A stretch of 64,000 nucleotides of DNA. Source: Pristiophorus japonicus. Taxonomy: Eukaryota. Positions 1 to 12,100 of the stretch are shown in pieces. Under the pieces are notes generated by a model, which saw nothing but the letters and a program-made list of their open reading frames with translations, had not been told where the DNA came from and did no database searches. Location of the stretch: the NCBI RefSeq assembly GCF_044704955.1, contig NC_091992.1, positions 123,132,001 to 123,196,000 of the forward strand. Direction: 5' to 3'. Position numbers and translations under genes: made by a program. Numbering within the stretch: position 1 is the first letter of the stretch; each line of letters opens with the position of its first letter.

Positions 1-141
1 AATTAAGGGTTATGGGGAGCGGGCGGGTAAGTGGAGCTGAGTCCACGGCCAGATCAGCCATGATCTTGTTGAATGGCGGAGCAGGCTCGAGGGGCTAGAT
101 GGCCTACTCCTGTTCCTAATTCTTATGTTCTTATGTTCTTC
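1..141 (+). mobile_element. CR1 LINE 3' end fragment
   Basis: Ends ...IKGYGERAGKWS*, then the CR1 3' motif (gctcgaggggctagatggcctactcc) and a (TTCTTATG)n tail. Confidence 0.85.
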
Positions 142-674
142 TACATCGAAGGTGTGTATTCAAACCAACGTAAGTATACAGCATTAGCACAAGGGATACA
201 ATGAGAGATGGGACAGAGATTAGACTCCAAACTTTCAACATCAAGACATTAAGAACTAGAAAAAGGAAACTAGAACTTTGGTTACATAATTAGAACAACC
301 GATAGAGGTCATCCTTAGGCTTTATAATGCACAGGTCAGATTTCAGTTGAATATTGTGTGCCATTCTGGTCACTGCATATAAAAAGGCAAATACATGCAT
401 TGATGAGGAATAAGAATGAACCCAGCTGGTGGGGGCGGGGGGGGTGGATAAGCTACGAGAATTGATCAGCGAAGATTAAACTCTACATAAGAACACAAGA
501 AATAGGACAAGCAGGCCATACGGCCCCTCAAGCCTGCTCTGGCACTCTAGAGAAGTGAATATGTGACTTCTATGAAGTATTAAATGGTATACACAAGGTG
601 ACCCAGAATATGACTGCGATCAGTTAGGCCACTAGAATGAGATGACTGAAATTTACATTGATGAAAAGTACATT

Positions 675-980
675 TCTTCTTCTTCTTCTTAGATAGACCC
701 TCGAAGACAAGGATGACTTGCTTCCACACTAATGAGTTCTCAGGTGACTGATGAGTCCGATGCAGAACCTACAGTCTCTGTCACAGGTGGGGCAGACAGT
801 GGTTGAGGGGACGTTGTTTGAAGGGCCGGTTGGTTGGGGTGCTTGGGTTGTCGTGCGCTCCTTCCGTTGTTTGGACTCGGTTTCCGCTTGCTCCCGGCGA
901 AGAGGCTCGAGGTGTTCAACGCCTTGCCGGATTTTTCTCTTCCACTTTGAGTGGTCTGGGGCCAGGGATTCCCAGGTGTA
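675..980 (-). mobile_element. RTE-clade LINE 3' fragment
   Basis: Reverse complement of the RTE 3' end at 18100-18385 (gaagcaagtcatcct...), with an (AGA)n tail. Confidence 0.75.
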
Positions 981-1884
981 CTATGTTGCTCATTCTTTCT
1001 TCCACCATGCAGTGCTTTGTAGCTCTGTGTTTATTTTAATTTGCCATTAATCTGACCAATTCCATAACGGATCCAAATCTTTATGCAAAAATTGAACTGT
1101 ATCCTTGATTTCTACTGCACTCACTGCACTAGTGGATTCTATAAATAATAAACAAGGGCCAAAATACTGAACTCCCATTTCATCCTTTAAAAAAAAATCT
1201 GATTTCCATGGACCATTTCATTTAGTTTTTTGTTGAACGCTGCTTAGAAGCGCAGATAAATTACATTGTAGGGTCTTCCATTATTTATTTTATTTATAAT
1301 GTCCTCAAAAGTCAGGAAATGTGCAGGTCTTTTTAGCTGATGGACTACAGAAAATGTACTTTTCAAAAATTTGCTGGACCAACAGTAATGTGATTCAGCT
1401 AGCTTAAAACATTTAAGTGTAATGAGAAGTGATGTGGATAGTATTAATGTCAGAGAGCAACGCACACGTAAGGCAACCTGTTAAATTGCTACCCAGTGTT
1501 TGATGAAATAACTGGCACTTTCCTGTAAGCGATAATAACTGCGATTGCATTGGCTGCATGTGGTTGATGAGATCGTTCTAAAGCACGATGACTCTGCACC
1601 CGCTGTGATTAGGTGTTGACTGATTGTTTGCCCAAGACCAGACTTGGCCATCAGCAGATTGATTTGACCGTCTGACTTCTCATAGCTGTTATAAACTGTG
1701 GTGTGTGAGCTTGGGCTACCCAGTCACTGCTCTATGTATATCCTATAGCACATTTTCTCAGTGAGTGTGCATGCAGCATAATGATGGTATTTTGGGTCTC
1801 TGATTCAGTTGTAGAATTTTCTTTGGACAGCTTTGAATCTACCGATGTCATGATGCTCTTGGCGTTGCAATATCGGAAATATTT

Positions 1885-2290
1885 TTTCAAATGTTGTTCT
1901 CGTTCGGTGGGTGACACGGGTAGACCATATTTCTTGCCCATTCCTAGTTGCTCTAAGAAGACAGTGGTGGGTATTCTCCTTGAACCGCTGCAATCCTTGT
2001 GGTGTTGATAGGGAATTCCCACAATATTGACTCCGTACTGCTGAAGGAATAGCGATATATGCCCAAGTCAGAATGTTATGTGACCTGGAGGGGAACTTGG
2101 AGGTGATGGTGTTCCCACAACATTGTTGAACTTGTCCTTTGATGATAGAGGTCACAGGGGAGTGAAGTACTGTCGGAGTACCCTTGGTGAGTTGACGCAG
2201 TACATCTTATCGATCGCACATGCTGCAGCCATGGTGTGCCTGTGATGGAAGGGTTGGATATTGAGCCTGGTGTCAAGCAAGCAAACTGCT
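1885..2290 (-). mobile_element. CR1-group LINE 3' fragment ('family X', same as 11213-12100 and 18566-19440)
   Basis: Remnant peptides LNIQPFHHRHT..KMYCVNSPR, WEHHHLQVPLQVT and GLQRFK match the other copies. Confidence 0.7.
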
Positions 2291-2309
2291 TTCTTCTGGT
2301 TGATATTGA

Positions 2310-2940
2310 GTTTCTGTGGCCCCGCGGCCTGCGAGAGAACAGCTCCGCAGGTCAGGCCATAAAAGAGCTGGAGCGGCATATCACTTCAATCTCCAGCGTG
2401 AGCTGCTCCAAGTGTGCGATGTTTTTGAGATGGGCGACTGGGTGACATCATCAAAACCCTGGTTGCCGTTTTGGAGTGTGGGCAGGAACATCAGCAGGGC
2501 CCAGGTAGAGGAGTGGGAAGGTCGGGGCGGATGACCGGTGAGTGTTTGTGACGAGATGCGGTGAATGTTTATGGTGAAGGAGCAGCGAGAGGTCGTGGCG
2601 GAGGTGCGACAGATGAGGGTATGGGACCCAGAAGAGCCGAGGGCCCAGGGGCAGCACGGACCAGCCCACACTGCGATATGTGTGCACGCTAGGTCTGTGC
2701 AGCAGAGCAGGTCTCCAGTCGCCTTGGTTAATCTTTGCCACTGGACTAAGACCTAGCTCTGTCAAGCCCGTGTGGTGACTGGTGTGCAATGGCCACCACA
2801 TGTTAAAAAAATTAATGCACAGGCATCTTCCACCCCCTCAATTGGAGTTCAGGACTGGAACATCGGGTCCTTCATCGAAACACCTGTGAACTCGTGGAAG
2901 CAAGTCATCCTCGTTCGAAGGACTGTCTATGATGATGATC
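2310..2940 (+). mobile_element. Non-autonomous bipartite RTE derivative (long 5' UTR fused to RTE 3' tail)
   Basis: Shares gcccacactgcgatatgtgt...gcacaggcatcttccaccc with 17438-17787 and partly with 41490-41755 and 51340-51797. Ends gaagcaagtcatcctcg..gggactg.ctatgatgatga like the RTE tail. Confidence 0.75.
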
Positions 2941-5211
2941 TACTGAAACCAGATAGGCCAGTTTGTGAAATGTTTCAGCTCACTATCTGCTTCCAACTGA
3001 TACAATAAGGGTCAATTGTCTGTTGGGAACATTGTGGGGAGGGGCCATAGCCAGTTTTATTGCCAGGGCTGCTGGCACATCACTAAGGTGAGGAAATCAG
3101 GATCTCAGCCCTCCTCTTGGCTGGGGACACAAGGCGCTGGATGGGCAGGTAGGTTTTAAGCAAAGCGACTGTGGCACAAAGCATTGGGCATGGAGCTGGA
3201 GGATTAAAATGCTGCTGGTCAGGCTTTGCAGTTAGAAGTACTCTGAAAGAAAGGTAATGTCACAAACAAGCATTTTAGTGCACATGGATGGAATGTGTGG
3301 TTTGCTATTTCTTTTTCCATTTTTTTCAAAGAGAGAATTAGCAATTCATGTCTGTACTCGTCTCACCAAGTGTTAGTTTGCTATGAAAAGATTGCAGAGA
3401 CCCACCTCGGGGCATGTGCAAAAAATCCCGTTCAGATCACCTGGTAATCATACTGTTACACTCCGAGGTTACGCTACTGTATTATACAGGCACACTGTTG
3501 AATACAAGATGATCAGATCACGAACGGGCGTGCCCAATACTACTCTAACCGAGACATTATCTAAGGCAAGACCCAAAACTTGTAACATAATATGGTTATG
3601 TAAGATAAGACCATATACTGCGAGGTAAGGTAATTATCCTTCAGACCTATATACATTGCTAAAAATAAAAGGAAATCATGACCTAAACTCGTGTTTAAAA
3701 CTTTTCTTTCAATTGGAATCCTTCCTTATAAGAGTATGAAACACAGCATTGACTCTGGTGGCAAATAACTCCCATGACAGTTGGATCTGCTATTTTTTTG
3801 TTGGATAGATTTCAGACCTGTAAAGACTTTCCTATTTTCCCTCATGCAGTGACTATAATCTGCAGGAGATCAGCAGTAAAACTGTCCATTTGTGCTTTGA
3901 TCTCTCCATTGCTATTCAAATTTGCTCACTGCACAACCATATTTGCTCACTGTATGCTATTTTTTTAGTCTCAGTTGTACAGGTGAAAAATGAGTTATTG
4001 ATTTTACAGTAGCTGTTATTAATTTGGCTGCTCTGTTCTGCATTAGTACTAGTACATTAGGTCACAAGGCAAGTACAGTGAGTACCGTTGCGTGGAAATG
4101 GGCACGTGTTACAAAACAGGAGGTACAATTAAGTCTAACTTAACACACATTCTCTGCATTACAAATACATCAGACCCCTAATGGTTACCTAACTCTCATT
4201 CAATCACTGTAGCTGTGCCTTGTTCAAACTTTCCTCTATGGAAGCAAATGGATTCTGGTGCCCTCACCTCAAACAAGCCACGTTCAACCCTTGTACTGCA
4301 AGTAGTACGATCCAGCCCAGTATCAATGGATTGTGTGCTCAGGTGCCTTCTAGAGATTCTGATAGCCATGATAAACTGGCTGTGTGGGTTCATTCCACTC
4401 CCTCCTCTGAAGAACGTTGACCAATGAAGATGGAGAGAATTGCTCCATCAGTTAATTGTATTATTTTCAGATTGCATTTGAATAATTCCTTGACTCAGGC
4501 TGACTCCAAAATTCATTTGTGACTACATTAGTGAAACATTTTGCTCCACAGGTACCCTAGATTAATGCATTTATTATGTGATATTCAATGGTCTTGTACC
4601 TAACTAGAATCTACCCAGTCATTTACTAAAGAGTATTGGAGCTTATGTTACAGTGTGAATATTTCTCTGAAGGCGTGTGGCTTTCAGGCTTAGTAGTCAT
4701 CATTTAATGTCAGCGCCCTTCATTTTGGGCAGTTTGAAGTGCTGGAGTTGGGACATAAGAATCTGTCGACTTTACCACAAGTGCATATTGGTGACGAGAC
4801 CATGACTAAATAAGTGTTTGAATAGGAAGAGCTTAATAGCAGGGCAGGGAAATGGTATCAAATAGCTCGACTTGAACTAGATCTTGCCCTTGTTCTTTTT
4901 AGAATTTATTCAGAGTGATCTCCTGGTATTTTCATCAACTATTTGACTTCTGGCTTCCTCTTACTAAACAGATACTTCAGCCAAACAGGTTTACTTATTT
5001 ATTAAAGGGTGAGATAAATGAGTGTCCTTTTAATTTTATTGATCAGAGTACACTGAGTGCAGCCAGTCAGTTAAATATATTCTCAAAGCTACCATTTGTA
5101 TCTTTTTTTTTAAGGCATATGAATTACAATGGAGAAATGTACCTATTTGTCACAGTGCAATTGCCAGGATGCTACATACAAGTAATTTAGTTTAGAAGGA
5201 GTTTAGAAGAC

Positions 5212-8200
5212 TGAGTTCGGGGCGTTGGTGAGGCCTATAAAGGCCCAGCGGCAGAGGAGAGGCGGTGGTAGTCGGAGAGGCGGGAGTTCGGGGCGTTGGT
5301 GAGACCTATAAAGGCGGAGCTAGTGCAGCTGCAGCAGGGAGAGAAAGCAAAAAAGAAGTAAAAAGAAATCGAAAGGTGACGTCACAGCCAAGGGGGTAAG
5401 TGATTGGTAAGTAGCTTTTCTTTTTTCTTTTCTTTATCAGTAATTAACCTTTAGCATTGTTGTTGCCAAATTAAGTTTATCTAGGGTTAAGTCATGGCAG
5501 GACAGCTCGGACGCGTGTTATGCTCCTCCTGTACTATGTGGAAAGTCAGGGACGCTTCCAGTGTCCCTGACGACTACATGTGCGGGAAGTGCATCCGCCT
5601 CCAGCTCCTGATGGACCGCATTGCGGCACTGGAGCTGCAGGTCGATGAACTCTGGAGCATCCACGATGCTGAGAATGACGTGAATAGCACCTTTAGCGAG
5701 TTGGTCTTACCGCAGGTAAAGGGTACACAGCCAGATAGTAAATGGGTGAGCAACAGGAAGAGCAGTGCAAGGAAGGTAGTGCAGGGGTCCCCTGTGGTCA
5801 TCCCCCTGCAAAACAGATGCACCGCTTTGGGTACTGTTGAGAGGGATGACGCATCAAGGGGAAGCAGCAGCAGCCAAGTTCATGGCACCTTGGGTGGCTC
5901 TGCTGCACAGGAGGGCAGGAAAAAGAGTGGGAGAGCTGTAGTGATAGGGGATTTGATTGTAAGGGGAATACATAGGCGTTTCTGCGGGCGCAACCGAAAC
6001 TCCAGGATGGTATGTTGCTTCCCCGGTGCAAGGGTCAAGGATGTCTCGGAGCGGGTGCAGGACATTCTGAAAAGGGAGAGTGAACAGCCAGTTGTCGTGG
6101 TGCATATAGGTACCAACAATATAGGTAAAAAACGGGATGAGGTCCTACAAGACGAATTTAGGGAGCTAGGAGCTAAATTAAAAAGTAGCACCTCAAAAGT
6201 AGTAATCTCAGGATTGCTACCAGTGTCACGTGCTAGTCAGAGTAGGAATCGCAGGATAGCTCAGATGAATACGTGGCTTGAGGAGTGGTGCAAAAGGGAG
6301 GGATTCAAATTCCTGGGACATTGGAACCGGTTCTGGGGGAGGTGGGACCAGTACAAACCAGACGGTCTGCACCTGGGCAGGACCGGAACCAATGTCCTGG
6401 GGGAGTGTTTGCTAGTGCTGTTGGAGAGGAGTTAAACTAACATGGCAGGGGGATGGGAACCTATGCAGGGAGACAGAGGGAAATAAAATGGAGGCAGAAG
6501 CAAAAGATAGAAAGGAGAATAGTAAAAGTGGAGGGCAGAGAAACCCAAGGTAAAAAACAAAAAGGGACACATATAGCAAAATTCTAAAGGGGCAAAGTGT
6601 GCTAAAAAGACAAGCCTGAAGGCTCTTTGCCTTAATGCGAGGAGTATTCGGAATAAGGTGGACGAATTAACTGCGCAGATAGCAGTTCACGGATATGATG
6701 TAATTGGCATCACGGAGACATAGCTCCAGGGTGACCAAGGCTGGGAACTCAACATCCATGGGTATTCAACATTTAGGAAGGATAGGCAGAGAGGAAAAGG
6801 AGGCGGGGTGGCATTGCTGGTTAAAGAGGAAATTAATGCAATAATAAGGAGGGACATTAGCCTGGATGACGTGGAATCAGTATGGGTGGAGCTGCAGAAT
6901 ACCAAAGGGCAGAAAACGCTAGTGGGAGTTGTATACAGACCACCAAACAGTAGTAGTGAGGTTGGGGACAGCATCAAACAAGAAATAAGGGATGTGTGCA
7001 ATAAAGGTACAGCAGTTATCATGGGGGACTTTAATCTACATATTGATTGGGCTAACCTAACTGGTAGTAATGCGGTGGAGGAGGATTTCCTGGAGTGTAT
7101 TAGGGATGGTTTTCTAGACCAATATTTCGAGGAACCAACTAGAGAGCTGGCCATCCTAGACTGGGTGATGTGTAATGAGAAGAGGCTAATTAGCAATCTT
7201 GTTGTGCGAGGCCCATTGGGGAAGTGTGACCATAATATGGTAGAATTCTTTATTAAGATGGAGAGTGACACAATTAATTCGGAAACTAGGGTCCTGAACT
7301 TAAGGAAAGGTAACTTCGACGGTATGAGGGGTGAATTAGCTAGAATAGACTGGCAAAGGATACTTAAAGGGTTGACGGTGGATAAGCAATGGCAAACATT
7401 TAAAGATCACATAGATGAACTTCAGCAATTGTACATTCCTGCCTGGAGTAAAAATAAAACGGGGAAGGTGGCTCAACCGTGGCTAACAAGGGAAATTAAG
7501 GATAGTGTTAAAGCCAAGGAAGAGGCATATAAATTGGCTAGAAAAAGCAACAAACCTGAGGACTGGGAGAAATTTAGAATTCAACAGAGGAGGACTAAGG
7601 GTTTAATTAAGAGGGGGAAAATGGAGTACGAGAGGAAGCTTGCAGGGAACATAAAAAATGACTGCAAAAGCTTCTATAAATATGTGAAGAGAAAAAGATT
7701 AGTGAAGACAAACGTAGGTCCCTTGCAGTCGGATTCAGGTGAATTTATAATGGGGAACAAAGAAATGGCAGACCAATTGAACAAATATTTTGGTTCCGTC
7801 TTCACGAAGGAAGACACAAATAACCTTCTGAATGTACTAGGGGACAGAGGGTCTAGTGAGAAGGAGGAACTGAAGGATATCCTTATTAGGCAGGAAATTG
7901 TGTTAGGGAAATTGATGCCATTGAAGGCCGATAAATCCCCGGGGCCTGATAGTCTGCATCCCAGAGTACCTAAGGAAGTGGCCCTAGAAATAGTGGATGC
8001 ATTGGTGATCATTTTCCAACAGTCTATCGACTCTGGATCAGTTCCTATAGACTGGAGGGTAGCTAATGTAACACCACTTTTTAAAAAAAGGAGGGAGAGA
8101 GAAGACGGGTAATTATAGACCGGTAAGCCTGACATCAGTTGTGGGGAAAATGTTGGAATCAATCATTAAGGATGAAATAGCAGCACATTTGGAAAACAGT

Positions 8201-9500
8201 GACAGGATCGGTCCATGTCAACATGGATTTCTGAAAGGGAAATTATGTTTGACGAATCTTCTGGAATTTTTTGAGGATGTCACTAGCAGAGTGGTCAAGG
8301 GAGAACCAGTGGATGTGGTGTATTTGGATTTTCAAAAGGCTTTTGACAAGGTCCCGCACAAGAGATTGGTGTGCAAAATCAAAGCGCATGGTATTGGGGG
8401 TAATGTACTGACGAGAATAGAGAACTGGTTGGCAGACAGGAAGCAGAGAGTCGGGATAAAAGGGTCCTTTTCAGAATGGCAGGCAGTGACGAGTGGAGTG
8501 CCGCAGGGCTCAGTGCTGGGACCCCAGCTCTTTACAATATATATTAACAATTTATATGAAGGAATTGAGTGTAATATCTCCAATTTTGCAGATGACACTA
8601 AACTGGATGGCGGTGTGAGTTGTGAGGAGGACGCTAAGAGGCTGCAGGGTGACTTGGACAGGTTAGGTGAGTGGGCAAGTGCATGGCAGATGCAGTATAA
8701 TGTGAATAAATGTGAGGTTATCCATTTTGGGGGCAAAAACACGAAGGCAGAATATTATCTGAATGGCAGCCAATTAGGAAAAGGGGAGGTGCAACGAGAC
8801 CTGGGTGTCATGATTCATCAGTCATTGAAAGTTGGCATGCAGGTACAGCAGGCGGTGAAGAAGGCAAATGATATGTTAGCCTTCATAGCTAGGCGATTTG
8901 AGTATAGGAGCAGGGAGGTCTTACTGCAGTTGTACAGTTGAGGCCTCACCTCAAAAATTGTGTTCAGTTTTGGTCTCCTAATCTGAGGAAGGACATTCTT
9001 GCTATTGAGGGAGTGCAGTGAAGGTTCATCAGACTGATTCCAGGGATGGCTGGACTGTCATATGAGGAGAGACTGGATAAACTGTGCCTTTATTCACTGG
9101 AGTTTAGAAGGATGAGAGGGGATCTCATAAAAACGTATAAGATTCTGACGGGACTGGACTGGTTAGATGCGGGAAGAATGTTCCCGATGTTGGGGAAGTC
9201 CAGAACCAGGGGACATAGTCTTAGGATAAGAGGTAGGCCATTTGGGACAGAGATGAGGAGAAACTTCTTCACTCAGAGAGTTGTTAACCTGTGGAATTCC
9301 CTGCTGCAGAGAGTTGTTGATGCCAGTTCATTGGATATATTCAAGAGGGAGTTAGATATGGCCCTTACGGCTAAGGGGATCAAGGGGTATGGAAAGAAAG
9401 CAGGAAAGGGGTATTGAGGGAATGATCAGCCTGATCTTATTGGTTCGAAGGGCCAAATGGCCTACTCCTGCACCTATTTTCTATGTTTCTATTTTTCTAC
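5212..9500 (+). mobile_element. Near full-length but mutated CR1 LINE (5' UTR, ORF1, ORF2, 3' tail), antisense to TMEM235 intron 1
   Basis: ORF1 at 5494-6440. ORF2 has APE (LNARSIRNK, YRPP, GDFN, CDH) and RT (QGSVLGP, FADDTK) motifs, with stops and frameshifts near 6721, 8090 and 8940. (TTCTATGT)n tail. It appears to split an older CR1 fragment (gagtttagaagactgag before, gagaggtg after). Confidence 0.95.
5494..6440 (+). pseudogene. CR1 ORF1: zinc finger/leucine zipper plus SGNH/GDSL esterase domain
   Basis: CxxC...CxxC, heptad leucines, then VVIGDLIVRG (GDS to GDL, catalytic Ser lost), HIGTNN and DGLH. A frameshift near the C-terminus relative to the copy at 49359-49787. Confidence 0.9.
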
Positions 9501-9897
9501 GAGAGGTGTTCTTATTGAAACGTATAAGATTCTGAAGGGGCTTGACAGGATAGTTGCAGAGAGGATGTTTCCCCTCGTGGGGGAATCTACAACTAGGGGG
9601 CATAGTTTCAGAATAAGGGGCCCATTTAAAATCAAAATGAAGAGGAATTTCTTCTCTCAGAGGATCGTGAATCTTTGGAATTCTCTACCCCAGAGAGCTG
9701 TGGAGGTTGGGTCATTGAATATATTTAAGGTGGAGATCGACAGATTTTTGAAAGATAAGGGAGTCAAGGGTTATGGGGAGCGGGCAGGGAAGTGGAGTTG
9801 AGGCCAAGATCAGATCAGCCGTGATCTTATTGAATGACGGAGCAAGCTCGAGGGGCCAAATGGCCTACTCCTGCTCCTATACCTTATGTTTTTATGT
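9501..9897 (+). mobile_element. CR1 3' fragment
   Basis: LIETYKILKGLDR...GYGERAGKWS* plus 3' motif and tail. Confidence 0.85.
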
Positions 9898-10809
9898 ACT
9901 GCAAGTACATTTGAAAGAAATCTGGAGGAGAGTTTTTTTATGTCAAAAACATCAAAATTAGTGCCTTCGTTACAATCTCAACATTTAACGCACTGTTGTG
10001 TCAAGATTACCCATTGCGGATGGAATTTCTTAAAATAAAAAAAATAGATGGATAGGAGTGACTTCAATGAGAATAATCTCATGCAATGATTTAGTATGCT
10101 GCTGTGACTTACCACACCAACTGAACAACAACATCAACAATTTGCATTTATATAGCAACATTTAAGGTAGAAAAATGTCCCCAAGGTGCTTCATAGCAAC
10201 GTAATAGGACAAAAATTGACACAGAGTGAAAGGAGGTATTAGGATGGGTGATTAAAAGATTGGTTAAAGGTGTAGGCTTTAAGGAGCGTCTTAAAGGAGG
10301 AGGCAGAGATGGAAAGGTTTAGAGAGCCAATTCCTGAGCTTAGAGCCTAGACGGCAGAAAGAACGACCACCATGGCTGGGCGGGGAGTTGGTGATGCACA
10401 AGAGTTGGAGGAATGCAGAGTGTTTGTCGCATTGTAGGGCTGTAGGAGGTTACAGAGATCGGGATAGGGTGCGGCCATGGAGGGATTTGAACGCAAAGAT
10501 GAGAATTTTTAAATCAAGGTGTTGGTGGACTGGGCCCAGTGTAGGTCAACAAGGACAGTGGTGATGGGTAAGCAGGACTTGATGTTGGGGGGGGGGGGGG
10601 GAGGGGGGTAGGATACGGGCAGCAGAGTTTTGGATGAGCTGAAGTTTACAGAGCTTGGTGGATAGAAGGCCAACCAAGAAAGCATTGGAATAGTCGAGTC
10701 TGGAGGTGACAAAGTCATGGCTAAGGGTTTCAGCAGTAGATGGGCTGAGGCAGAGACAGATGCAAACATTACTATGGAGGTGGAAGTAGACTGTCTTTGT
10801 GATGGATAG

Positions 10810-11046
10810 TGTTATATCTTTAGACGTTGTGGAGTTATTCATAAGAGTATTAGTGTTGTACTTGAGCTGTTATGACTTTAGTCCCATTTATTGTAACTCC
10901 AGAGTGAGGCACAAGCATGGTGGGCAGCCTTTTATACTGGGCCCTGCACACCTATGCAGGTGACCCTCAGGTCTCCCACCACAGTGCTCTCTGGTGGCAC
11001 ACCTTATGTGACTATACAGTTAGGTACATGGTCTACATACATGACA
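10810..11046 (-). mobile_element. Solo LTR (Gypsy type)
   Basis: TGT...ACA termini and a 5-bp TSD GATAG (10805-10809, 11047-11051). AATAAA and TATAAA on the minus strand. Layout similar to the LTRs at 23990-24200 and 60114-60320. Confidence 0.85.
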
Positions 11047-11212
11047 GATAGGGTATGGGATAAGAATCTCAGCTCAGGGTCAAATAGGATGCCAATATTG
11101 CAAAGTGTGGTTCATGTTGAGGCAGTGGCCTGGGAGGGGGTTGGAATCAGTGGTGAGGGAGCTAAGTTTGTGTTTAATTGGAGGAAAATGTGGCTCATCC
11201 ATGACTGGATTT

Positions 11213-12100
11213 TAAAAAAATTACTCATACAGGGGATCTGGGCATTTTTGGCAAGGCCGGCATTTATTGCCCATCCCTAATTGCCCTTGAGAAAGTGGTG
11301 GTGAGCTTCCTTCTTGGACCGCTGCAGCCGTGTGGTGAAGGTACTCCCACAGTGCTGTTAGGGAGGGAGTTTCAGGATTCTGACCCAGCGACAATGAAAG
11401 AACAGCAATATATTTCCAAGTCAGGATGGTGTGTGACTTGGAGGGGTTCGTGGGAGTGGTGGTGTTCCCATGCATCTGCTGCTCTTGTCCTTCTAGATGG
11501 TGGGGGTTGGGGATTTAGGAGGTGGTGTCGAAGAAGCCTTGGTAAGTTGCTGCAGTGCATCTTGTAGATGATACACTCTGCAGTCATGCTGCGCCGGTGG
11601 TGGAGGGAGTGAATGTTTAAGGTGGTGGATGAGGTGCCGATCAAACAGGCTGCTTTGTCCTGGATTCTGTCGAGATTTTTTGAGTGTTGTTGGAGCTGCA
11701 CTCATCCAGGCAAGTGGAGAGTATTCCAATTCACTCCTGACTTGTACCTTGTAGGTGGTGGAAAGGCTTTGGGGAGTCAGGAGGTGAGCCACTCGCCACA
11801 GAATATCCAGCCTTTTGCCTGCTCTTGTAGTCACAGTATTTATGTGGCTGGTCCAGTTAAGTTTCTGGTCAATGGTGACTGCACCCCGCCCCCCCCCCCC
11901 CCCCCGCCCCCAGGATGTTGATGGTGGGGGATTTGACAATGATAATATTATTGAATGTCAGTGGGAGGTGATTTGACTCTCTCTCTTGTTGGAGATAGTC
12001 ATTGCATGGCACTTGTGTGGTGCGAATGTTACTTACCACTGATAAGCCCAAGCCTGGATGTTGTTCAGGTCTTGCTGCATGTGAGCACGGACTGCTTCAG
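11213..12100 (-). mobile_element. CR1-group LINE 'family X' 3' portion
   Basis: QQDLNNIQAWA, VTIDQKLNWTSHIN, VRSELEYSPLAW, LNIHSLHHRR. Exact clade not resolved. Confidence 0.8.

Noticed and set aside
1732-2022. Peptide LPVSPTEREQHL as possible TMEM235 exon 2
   Set aside because: It lies in the 3' tail of a family-X LINE, lacks the expected CIPLxDPF motif and has no suitable splice sites.
4196-4427. Short ORFs in the duplicated block as a small protein gene
   Set aside because: The paralogous copy near 36350-36545 has frame-breaking indels.
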